From: Rhynchobatus australiae
Taxonomy: Eukaryota
Assembly: GCA_034780895.1 (NCBI GenBank)
Contig: JAUZTB010000118.1
Location: 57,704,898 to 57,768,897, forward strand
DNA length: 64,000 bases
Reading direction: 5' to 3'
Under the pieces are notes generated by a model, which saw nothing but the letters and a program-made list of their open reading frames with translations, made no database searches and was not told where the DNA came from. Numbering within the stretch: the first letter of the stretch is position 1; each line of letters begins with the position of its first letter. A program made the position numbers and the translations under genes. Positions 53,701-64,000 of this stretch are shown piece after piece.

Positions 53701-54631
53701 ATCCTTATTATATACTTCTAGTTCTAATTCTAAGCATGTGTTCATATTTTTGGAAAGAAAAACACAATCTGTGAGCAAATGCAGACTACTTCCCCTTTAG
53801 TTGGGTTTCTGTGCTTGACAATTGGTAGCTGGTTTTACAAACAGGAGCTAATCATTCCATTCCATTGTCTAGAAGTAACCCATCAGTGGCTCATTTGGTT
53901 ATACCTGAGTATCAATATTCAACTAATGTATCTATAGAGATACCTTACAAAGTGAAAGCCATATGGACACAATAAGACTGCACTTTATTGAAAGCTAACA
54001 ATAAAATTCTTTTAAAAAAATAGATTGAGAAAGCTGTTGCTAGTGGCTACCAAGCTATATAGTCTATGATGCTATTACAGTGCCAGCGACTGGGGTTCAA
54101 TACCGGCCATCGTCTGAGGTGATGGAGCAGGAGGTAAACATACAAAAGTATTCAGTCTTGTGCTTGCAAAGAACTATTTTCAATCTAGAACAAGAGAGAA
54201 TAATCTTAAAAATATAGATAAGGTATTAATAGTGAACTCAGGAGTCATTTTCTCACCCAATGTGAAGCAGAAAGCTGGAATCCACTACCTCTAAAAGCTC
54301 TGGATCCAATTCTGTTGATAATTTTGATCAATCATTTTTTGTTTACTTAAATACTTTTCTTGCTTAACCAGTTTCTTGAATCAGGCCATCAGGCCGGCAT
54401 TTATTGTCTAACCCTTTCACTTTCTTGAGAAGTTGGTGCTAGACTATTTTTAAGCATCAACCACATGGGGTGGCTCTGGGTTATACAGACAGGCAGGGTA
54501 AAGATGGCAGATTTCCTCCCCTGAAGCATTTTAGTCAACCAGGTGGCATCAGTAACTTTTGTGTTCATGATTACGGGGGCGGTGAGACTTGTAGGGGCCG
54601 GTGGGATTTGTGGGATAGCTGCTGGAGGTCT

Positions 54632-54962
54632 GGGCAGCACGGTAGCGTAGTGGTTAGTGCAACGCTATTACAGCACCAGTGATCGGGGTTCAATTCCCGT
54701 TGCTGTCTGTAAGGAGTTTGTACGTTCTACGGTGTCTGCATAGGTTTCCTCCGGGTGCTCCGGTTTCCTCCCACATTCCAAAGACATCCGGGTAGGTTAA
54801 TTTGGGGTTTAAAAATTCTCATATGTGCAGCGCTCGACACACTGCAGTACCTGGAGGGGGAGGGTTGAAATCCAGATCACAGATAGAGAGACCAAAATAA
54901 CAGGAATACAGACTCATTGGGCCAGAAGGGCTGTAAATAAAATTTAAAATTTTTAAAATTTA
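54632..54962 (+). mobile_element. Young tRNA-derived SINE (HE1-like) carrying a foreign 91-bp patch
   Basis: A box (tagcgtagtgg), B box (ggttcaattccc), body ggtttcctccgggtgctccggtttcctcccacattccaaagac, tail gggccagaagggctgtaaataaaattt. Confidence 0.85.
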
Positions 54963-56489
54963 ATTACTCATTGAAGTTTAGAAGAACAAGAGGCGATCTT
55001 ATTAAAACATAAGATTCTAAGGGGTAAATGCTGAGAGGATGCTTTGTCTCATGGGAGATTCTAGAACCAGAGGACCTTTTCTGAGAATAAGGGAATGCCT
55101 TTTAAGACAGATGAGGAGGATTTCTTCTCTATGAGGATGACGAGTCCTTGTACTCACAGCTCCCTGTGAAAAGGAGCTTCAAAGTCCTTGGATATATTTA
55201 AGGCTGAAATAGATACATTTCTAATCAGTAAAGGAATCAANNNNNNNNNNNNNNNNNNNNNNNNNNNNNNNNNNNNNNNNNNNNNNNNNNNNNNNNNNNN
55301 NNNNNNNNNNNNNNNNNNNNNNNNNNNNNNNNNNNNNNNNCTCCGCCTGTAACTGGAGGGGAGGAACATGATAATTATATCCATTGTAACATGCAGTCTG
55401 AATGAACTCCATAACTTTCCATGTCTCTCTCACATTCTCTCATCACCATAGCAACATGTCCAACAAAAGCCACAACCAGATGTTATCCCACACTCTTCCC
55501 ACTCACAGCTCAAGTTCCCACTCCCAGCATCGAGAATCCTGCTTGGAATCTACAATGATTCAGAGGGAGATGGAGAAGAATTGGTTTCCCACTATCTCCT
55601 CCATCTGGAAATTCCAAAGTTGTCTTCTGCAGACAACCCCTGAATACATGGGAACAAAAAATGGGAAGAAGGGTATTCCTGGCTTCCCCACTGGACTGTC
55701 TCATTATCCTTTGCACATTCACCACTCATTAGCAACAAAAGGAAAGGAAATCTCCAGAGAGCCAACTGATTGGAAAGAAATGTAATTCCTGCTACCCTGC
55801 TTTCTGAAGTCCTGCCGTGATTACACACATTTCCGTTCAGCCAAAGCTCCTGTCTGAATCTGACCCGGAGTTCCTGCCAATATTTCACCCAGTGGGATCT
55901 CCCCATTCTCATCCATGGTCAAACCAACCAATCAGGAGACTGAGGTGAAAATCTGGACTCCTTAAGACTGCTCCATTGCTTAAAAAGATCAAGCTTGATC
56001 TAACTGTAGCCACGTCCCCATCTGTCCCCGTTACCTTTCACCCCTTTGCTTATCAAGTATCCTTCTAGTTCTGTCTTAACATTACTCTGCTTCCAGGGAC
56101 CTCCAAAGCCCCACGACCTTCTGAGAGAAAAATATTATCCTCAATTCTGTTTTAAATGCACAACCTCTAATGTGTAAACAGTGACCCCTGGTTCTCGATT
56201 CTCCCACCAGAGGAAACGTCCACTCCGTATTCATCCCTGTCGAGACTCCTCAGGGTCCCCTCTCATTCTTCTCAGATCCAGCAGCTGCACACCTATTCTG
56301 CCCAACCTTCCTGCATCCGACAATCCAGCTGTTCCAGATGGGAATTAAGTAAACCTTTCTTGAACTGTTCCAATGGAACTATCCTTCCTTAAACACAGAG
56401 GCCAATACGGCACATTGATGTGATCTCACTGGTGCCCTATAGAACTGAAGCATTTGTACTATGTACTAAAATGTTTTGTATTAAATTCC

Positions 56490-57186
56490 CTAGTTATAAG
56501 GAGATACTGGATAGGATAAGACTGTTTTCCCTGGAACATAGAAGGCTGAGGGGTGTCCTTATAGAGGTTACTCAAATCACGAGGGGCATAGATAAGGTAA
56601 GTGGTCACACTCATTTTTTCCAGTGTAGCTATACAGGTCCCTGGTCAGACCCCACTTGGAGTACTGTGCTCAGTTCTGGTCGTCTCACTACAGGAAGGAT
56701 GTGGAAGCCATAGAAAGGGTGCAGAGGAGATTTACAAGGATGTTGTCTGGATTGGGGAGCATGCCTTATGAAAACAGGTTGAATGAACTCAGCCTTTTCT
56801 CCTTGGAGCAACAGAGGATGAGAGGTGACCTGATCGAGGTGTATAAGATGATAAGAGGCATTGATCGTGTGGATAGTCAGAGGCTTTTTCCCAGGGCTGA
56901 AATGTTGCCACAAGAGGACACAAGTTTAAGCTGCTGTGGAGGAGGTACAGAGGAGATGTCAGGGGCAAGTTTTTTACTCAGAGAGTGGTGAGTGCGTGGA
57001 ATGGGCTTCCGGCAATGGTGGTGGAGGCGGATACGACAGGGTCTTTTAAGAGACTTTTGGATAGTTACATGGAGCTTAGAAAAATAGAGGGCTTTGGGTA
57101 AGCCTACTAATTTCTAAGGTAGGGATGTGTTCGACACAACTTAGTGGGCCGAAGGGCCTGTATTGTGCTGTAGGTTTTCTATGTTT
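56490..57186 (+). mobile_element. Two juxtaposed CR1 3' fragments (junction ~56630)
   Basis: SYKEILDRIRLFSLEHRRLRGVLIEV, then a restart at LVRPHLEYCAQFWSSHYRKDVEAIERVQRRFTRML; tail gggccgaagggcctgtattgtgctgta. Confidence 0.92.
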
Positions 57187-57885
57187 CTTACTAAGACTGG
57201 TTGCTGCAAATTCCATTGCTGCTATGGTGGGATTTGAACTCTGTGATAACTCAGCCACTATCATTGCCTTCACTGAATATCAGCACAATTAGCACATATC
57301 CAGTGGTAGGGCTCGGTGGAATTTAAGGACTCCATTGTTCTTCTGGGAGGGAGAAAAGTGGATGAGAGTAGATGTATGGAAAATCAAACAGACACAGTTG
57401 AGATCCCTTAAGGATTGAAATCTGTAACAGAAGTTAAATGGGAGAAATACAGGAAGGTCTGTTGTGCAATAGATCAATCAAGACATGTGATGAATACAAG
57501 GAACAGGCACAAAAAATTAAAGTTCCCAGCTTTTGGAGAGGCACATACATACATCAATAACATTATGGATATGGGGTGAATGTATGTCGATGTGCCTATA
57601 ACCTCATATTACACAATTTTATTTTATTGATTATCGAGGTACCAATATCTCTGTTTCCTCCACCTACCTGTCATCCACCACCATAAGCCCCAATCCCCTC
57701 CAAATAATATACTAACACACACTCAGCTCCAAAGGATCCAGAAAAACTGGGAGGGTGGAATTGAGTTCAGCAAGATGATAAACTTTCAGGGCAGGCAATT
57801 TTAATAAAAAGAAGTGGAGCCTGGAGTAGTAATAGACTTGTTAAGCTATTTATTATGTAAAGAAAGTGGTAAAATTAGGTAAGTG

Positions 57886-58019
57886 NNNNNNNNNNNNNNN
57901 NNNNNNNNNNNNNNNNNNNNNNNNNNNNNNNNNNNNNNNNNNNNNNNNNNNNNNNNNNNNNNNNNNNNNNNNNNNNNNNNNNNNNNNNNNNNNNNNNNNN
58001 NNNNNNNNNNNNNNNNNNN
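57886..58019 (-). ncRNA. Inferred small Pol III RNA gene hidden in an assembly gap (about U6-sized; identity not visible)
   Basis: Inferred only from the upstream promoter geometry and the 134-N gap length; no RNA sequence is readable. Confidence 0.5.
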
Positions 58020-58028
58020 ATCGAGAGC

Positions 58029-58236
58029 TATATAAAACACCGGATTCTGCACCACTCTATGGTTGTGGTGACTTATAATTTAACCATCTTTCTGCTATGC
58101 ACTCCCTGCTCCTTAACTTAATATTCAACAAGTCTATAGCTCGCTTGATCCTCCTCATGACTTTCAATTTTAATCTTTATGAAATAATTTAATGAAAACT
58201 ATTGCAACTATTTGTGGGAGCCGGGCGTATGCAAAT
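58029..58236 (-). promoter_or_regulatory. Type-3 (U6/7SK-like) RNA polymerase III promoter: OCT + SPH, PSE, TATA
   Basis: Minus strand: ATTTGCAT (58236-58229), SPH/ZNF143-like CTCCCACAAATAGTTGCA (58220-58203), PSE-like GTCACCACAACCATAGAGT (58072-58054), TTTTATATA (58037-58029). Spacing matches the U6 promoter for a TSS near 58005. Confidence 0.72.
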
Positions 58237-58705
58237 AAAGAGCACAGCTGCTGGCCAATCGGAATCCGAATCTTCTGAATAATATTTAAAAAGTTGTAAA
58301 TCATGGGTATTGGCACTCCCTGTCTCTGAAAACCTGTGTTCAACGTTAGCAGTATCGAAAATTTAACATTTTGATGAGGACTTAAAGTGGGAATAATTTG
58401 AAAATTTAAAATAGCTGTGACTAGTCAAAGGAGGCAGCAATCCCAAATCAAGACAATTGATTTGCTGGGTCAATACTCCCTTGTGAACATGTGGAAAACT
58501 TTTGTATTGCAGATAAAATCTCAAAATGGCAGGAGCACTCCCGCGTTCGTCGGTGCTCGGTGCCTGCAATCCCTGGGTGACCTCAATTGGCAACAGATCT
58601 AGTGACTGTATCAAAAATGCCGGTAGCTTCTGTCACAAGGACTAAATACGCATGAGTGCAACTCGATGCCATCTTTGATGCTGGCAATTGTCATCACACA
58701 GCAAG

Positions 58706-58759
58706 ATGGCGACAGGACAACAGTGGGTGTTGGTAGAAATGGTCCAGGCCTTTTATGAG
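58706..58759 (+). CDS. SPTLC1: Serine palmitoyltransferase long chain base subunit 1, coding exon 1
   Basis: MATGQQWVLVEMVQAFYE|gtaaga; human begins MATATEQWVLVEMVQALYE. Kozak/YY1-like caagATGGCG context. Confidence 0.95.
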
Positions 58760-58904
58760 GTAAGATGAAACGAGTCACAGAAAATAACTCCAGTTCGGGA
58801 AACAGCGCTTAATTAACTGAAGTCAGGTTGTTGATGACAGTAATTATAGTCCCATTGGGAAGTTACCTGGTCGAGCTCTACATTATTGAGTCCCATTGCT
58901 AGGA

Positions 58905-59030
58905 GGAAGTTCCGGAAGTGGGCTCGGTTGATTTCAGAACTAACCAATTACACCGCAGCTTTTCCCTGACGTCACCCTGAATAGCGTGATTGTTGGCTCA
59001 GCAGGCCAATTGGAAAAGAGCGGGGGCGGT
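58905..59030 (+). promoter_or_regulatory. CpG-rich cluster of Pol II promoter motifs in SPTLC1 intron 1
   Basis: ETS/GABP CCGGAAGTG (58912-58920), CCAAT (58944), CRE TGACGTCA (58967-58974), CCAATTGG (59006-59013), GC box GGGGCGG (59023-59029). Confidence 0.7.
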
Positions 59031-59259
59031 GCTGGTACCGGTCCGTGATGTGGTAATCCAGGGCAGTCATCTAGTGTTTGTGGGTGGACACGGACACTTG
59101 GGGCTGGAGTGGAAACGGTGATACAAGTATTCCATGCATGTGGTCCTTTCATCATTAGGTTTGATTACTTGAACGTTTTGGAAATATGGTTTGGAGGAGC
59201 TCCGGTATACACGAAGATCTGGGTGGAGTGTAGAACCAAGGTGAAGCAGTAAGGCACCT

Positions 59260-60760
59260 TGAATTCTTCTCCAGACCTTAGTGAATACACAGACTGCAAA
59301 GAACTTGGCGACCATCTGATCCTCTTCACTGTACTGAGGGCAGCATGCGTTAGGAGTGAGATTCCAACCATACAGGAAGGATCTGACAGAGAGGGCCCCT
59401 TTCACTGCCAGCTAAGCGAGACCTTGGTCCTTGTTGGTGAGTTCTGGCGATGAGGCATTCTGACAGATAATTCAGACAATGTGCTCTGCACAAGATCCAT
59501 CATGTCTTTGTCCTGCAGGATGTTTCATGCTGACCACTGCCTCGTAGGCTTGTGGTCCAATGGGCTTTTCTGTAAGAAATTCTCCATGAAAGATAGACAG
59601 TGCTGCAGCATCCAACTGACTGGGATGTTGCATGACAATTGGGCCAGGCCTATCCTTCACAACATCAAGAACAGCTAGAACCTCAGCGCACAGCGATATT
59701 TGGTGCCCACGTACCTGGGTTCCAAGCACAACATGATGCAGCCACGTACAAAGGTAGCTGTCAGGGTGAGGGCAATGTTAGGTACACTTTTGCCCCTGAC
59801 CAGTGGATCACTACTACCGCAGGGTTGTTGAAGGTGTTGTAATCTTTAACTCTCCATCAGGAGTCTGGATGTGCTTTCCAGTCTGCTGTCAGCACTACTG
59901 GATCATCCAGCTGCTTTGATGATGCCGGTGAAGTCACCAGCCAGAACGACCAGCTGGGACGTCATTGGCAGTGGTGCGAACTGCTGGAAGACAGCCAGTG
60001 GCTCGTTCCACACAGGCGAGACTTGAATATTGATTAGCCAGAGTGCAGAGTTACGGTACATTGCATTCACCATGGGGAGATGTCCACGAACCACCTCTCT
60101 GATTTCAGTGATTGAGATATTGCCTTGCCAAAGCAAGGCTGGAGTATCCAGGCTGGAAACTCAACAATCATTTCCTCCTGCCATCCCCAACTATACAAAC
60201 AAACTGTGGAACCACCATAGCGACTACTTCCAATAGGTGTAGCAGTCCACACTCTTGTAGAAAAGGTATGTCCGCCTTGACCTTAGCAAGATATTCCAAG
60301 GTGGCTACACATTGCATTGTGCTTTTCACGCTGCAAATGCTGAGTTATTTTACATCCGTAGTTTAGGTGTTTTGAAATTTAGAGTTCACTGACACACAGT
60401 CAGCTGTCGATCATCTTGAGCCCACATTCCCACAACTTTTGTAAACTGCTGCACTGTTTTCAGGTTTAAGTACTGTGAGTGGTCTCCCCTAGGGAGTGGG
60501 TTCTCTTGTGGTGAAGCTGGTGATGTTGCCCGGTGGGGGGGGTGGGGCGTGATCAGTCTGTATTCCTGTTATTTTGGTCTCTCTATCTGTGATCTGGATT
60601 TCAACCCTCCCTCTCCAGGTACTGCAGTGTGTCGAGCGCTGCACAGCTCCCTCCCTCCTGGAACTGGGGGCTGATGGGCATTGCACAGCTCCTGACCTTC
60701 CCGAGCTGAGGGGTTGCTTCCCTCACATGTACCTGGCTGTGGGCTCTCGTCCACCTTTGT
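59260..60760 (-). mobile_element. 5'-truncated, RT-deleted Tx1-clade element in SPTLC1 intron 1
   Basis: Minus strand: ORF1 tail resembling 22255-22283; APE endonuclease (..LEYLAKVKADIPFLQECG..VVLAGDF); then directly the post-RT region (GKSVPNIAL..) and zinc-finger region (GALSVRSFLYGWNLTPNACCP). Confidence 0.82.
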
Positions 60761-61059
60761 GTCCCTTCCTTCCATGGTTCTTTGAACAGACAGTCAATTC
60801 CATTTAGCAAATTTTCAATCAAGCCCCAAAGTCTTGCTTGGCCGGTGGTGAGAAGTGCTTTTACCATCTGAGCCTTCGTGTTCAGCCAAAGACTCAACAC
60901 TGCTCTTCAGATGGCTTGGTGGGGATGAGAATGTTGTCTGTCTTTTTCTGGAATGTGCATTTGCTGAGAAGGTCTGAAAGGGGAGATGAAAGGAAGGAGG
61001 ATCTTTGTTGAGGTTCATCCTGTATAGCTGAGTAACTCGTGGAAATTTAAATGGACAGC

Positions 61060-61295
61060 TGGATCTATTTCCTCCAGGTGCCCTGGCTTCCTCGCAGATT
61101 GCAAAGACACGTTGGATGGTATGTTAATTGGCCACTGTAAATTGACCCTGGAATGTAAATGAGTGGTGAAATCGGGTGGGAATTGATGGGAATGTGGGGA
61201 AAATAAAGTGAATTAGGGCAGGATTAGTGTAAAAATAGGTGCTTGATGGTCAGCATGGACTCAATGGGCCAAAGGGCCTGTTTCTCTCTCTCTAT
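61060..61295 (+). mobile_element. 5'-truncated tRNA-SINE (HE1-like)
   Basis: tttcctccaggtgccctggcttcctcgca...ttaattggccactgtaaattgaccctgg...gggccaaagggcctgtttc. Confidence 0.65.
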
Positions 61296-62049
61296 GGATT
61301 GCAAATGTGAAGTGATAATGGGCAACCCAAAAAATTCATGAGTTGTGTTTAAGGGCAGGAAATGAGCAGCTAGTCCATGCAGTCTGCCCCACTACATGGT
61401 GAAGGGGATCAACTAAAGCAGTAAAATGAAATTAAGAAATTTAGGCCTGTTAGTAGACCGTTAACATTGCAAATTAACGCAGGGGAATAATAACTTGGGC
61501 CAAAACAATAGAATGTAAACTGAGGGGTGTTGTGATCAAGCTGATCATGCTGCATACACATCTGGTTGCTAAAACACAAGCTACATGTTCAAATTTAGGA
61601 GGTGGCAATGATTTCCACAAGTGACAATCTAATGAGGAATATTTATTATTCACAGATATTTTTCCCTTTCCACTCACTTCTTTGTTTATCTTGTTGCCCC
61701 TAAATGCGTCTCAATCTTCTCAGCAACTCCAAATTTGAATTTGCCAATCATATTTCTGATTATGCCATAATGGTTTAATCAAAGTGACAATGGTATTCTC
61801 ACTTTGTAACTACAGTGTTTTTTTTACCCTCTTTCAACCTCTCTGCTCTTTGTGACATGGCTTGCTGCACAATGCTGCTTGATTGTCTGGTTTCATGTGA
61901 TCAGCCTCACTTAGTTCCACTCTTGCATCACTGGGGGTATATCCAATCTTTTGTTTCTCTGACTAGTCCTGCATTGTCAGCCAGTCTTCTGTGGATTTTT
62001 CCCTACCATCCCTATGCTCATCATGAGTTGCCCCATGGTCGCAGCATCT

Positions 62050-62300
62050 GAAACTCTGTGATCAGCTTACATGTGCTGAAACCAGCTCCAAGTCTCCATT
62101 ACCTCCTGACTCCATCCACTGGCTCCGTGCTTGTTAACTTCAGTCATTGATGAGACACAATTTACTCCTTGGCCGTTATAAGGCCTCCATTGCAAACTGT
62201 ATCCTTGCTCAATCAGGTGGATTCCATTTCTGTAGCTAAAGCAGGTTATTCACAGATGTCACCCTTTTAGTTCCCCCAAGATATGATTCATCCCCACATC
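62050..62300 (+). mobile_element. Degenerate L2 3' fragment
   Basis: ..ITS.LHPL.. and ..AVIRPPLQT-like remnants of the L2 ORF2 C-terminal region. Confidence 0.3.
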
Positions 62301-63574
62301 TTCTCCATTGCAACATCTGCCAACTTTCACAGATCTCATCTTGCCTGTCTCCACACCTGCCTTCACCTCCTTTGAAATTTACAATGGTGATGCATTTGAA
62401 TTCGCAATATCTTGCAATGTGACGTGATGAAGTGTTTGTAATGCAATCCTTAATTTCAAAAATGAATTCCATTAGATTATTTTTGTAAGTTGGAGCAATG
62501 TATCTTTCCAAATACATAGTTTTCCTTGGTTTGTCTCTCTGCTTTTCCTTTTCTGCTTTTTGTTTGTTCAATACTTCACCGTTAGTATGTTCATAAGTGT
62601 TGAAAAGAACAAATATTGTCAGAAGGCAAATTAAATAAATTCACATATATCTGCTGTAAAAAAAATGTGCCCCCAGGATCAAGTAACAATGCCAGTACAA
62701 GGAGGAAAACTGATCAAAAACATTACCAGATAAATGTAAATGAGGTAATTTGAATGGGATGGGGAACAATGAGTTATTAGGGAACATGGGAGATCAGAGA
62801 GTGAAGAATGCATATTTCTAGAGATGATTTAGCTGTATCGAAAGTGAGTAAAAAGGTTGTGAAGGAAATTTAAGGTATTGGGGCAAGGTAGAAATTAGAA
62901 TTGGTTGAATAACAAAAGACGTGATGGCGAAAGGCAAACAGAAAGGGAAATTAAGGCAGTATGGAATAAAAATGGTGATAACAGGCCGATTTTTGTCAGA
63001 ATAGTCATGTTCAGAAATGACAGCTGCATTTTCAAGAAGAATTTGAGTCGTGTGTCCTGATTCAAAGAAGTACCCTAGTGTGCTAAGCATTTGGGCTCTG
63101 GGACTTGTTATGAGTTGTGTGGCAAGTTGTACTCTTTAAGGCCAGGATTCATGCAAGCTGGAGTGAGCAAGCATCTGGCGAAGAGGCTTTTGCTGCATAG
63201 GTGACGAGCATGGAGTCCTTTTCAGACTGGTATTAAAAAAAGTTACACATAATTCATATTTCTGAATGAAGTGTTGAGTTCCACAGCAATTTACCTTAAA
63301 TCATGATTTTAACTCATGATTAAGCACCTGTTTAAATAAAAGAAACCATTTTTTTTAAAAACTCCAAGGTTGTAAATTGATGCTTTGGATATTTTGTGTG
63401 GATTACAATGATGGCATGAGATACTGCTGCTTTTGTGATTATAGAGCATTAAATATATATTGAGCAATATAAGATTATTGTATAACCTTTATTTTGTCCC
63501 AACAGGAAGGTTATTTTTGCCCTAACAATGAGTAACAACACATCCAATTAACACATGATTATTTTTGTGCTTAG

Positions 63575-63700
<126 letters not shown>

Positions 63701-63766
63701 TAAAATATAATACATTTTCTGGGTAATGCATTGTCTTATGATTGTTCCACATTGCTTTTTCCCTAA

Positions 63767-63892
<126 letters not shown>

Positions 63893-64000
63893 TAATTATT
63901 TGTTTTTAACTCCTAATTGACATTGATCAGTGGGAACTACATTTTTCTAAATATGTATTTAAATATTTTATATTTTAAAACAACTATTCTTAACAGTTTA

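Overview
Eukaryotic, AT-rich, repeat-dense vertebrate genomic DNA with many N gaps. The repeat repertoire (CR1, L2, Penelope-like, Tx1, HE1-type tRNA SINEs, Harbinger fossils) points to a cartilaginous fish, probably a ray-type elasmobranch; this is inference only. Two host genes bracket the window on the + strand: the 3' end of CDC42SE2 (last coding exon 1279-1380) and the first three coding exons of SPTLC1 (58706-58759, 63575-63682, 63770-63864). About 55 kb of mostly transposon-derived DNA lies between them. Most notable observations: (1) a complete, correctly spaced type-3 RNA polymerase III promoter (OCT+SPH, PSE, TATA) on the - strand, head-to-head with SPTLC1, whose roughly U6-sized transcript would fall inside a 134-N gap; (2) a Tx1/Keno-like retrotransposon headed by 37 nt of U2 snRNA but inserted outside a U2 gene, nested in the minisatellite of a TA-flanked MITE; (3) minimal hammerhead-ribozyme motifs in inverted Penelope-like termini; (4) a 91-bp inverted copy of SPTLC1 intron-1 sequence patched into a SINE 5.7 kb away. 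Family assignments come from recalled motifs, not database searches, and repeat boundaries are approximate unless TSDs are quoted.
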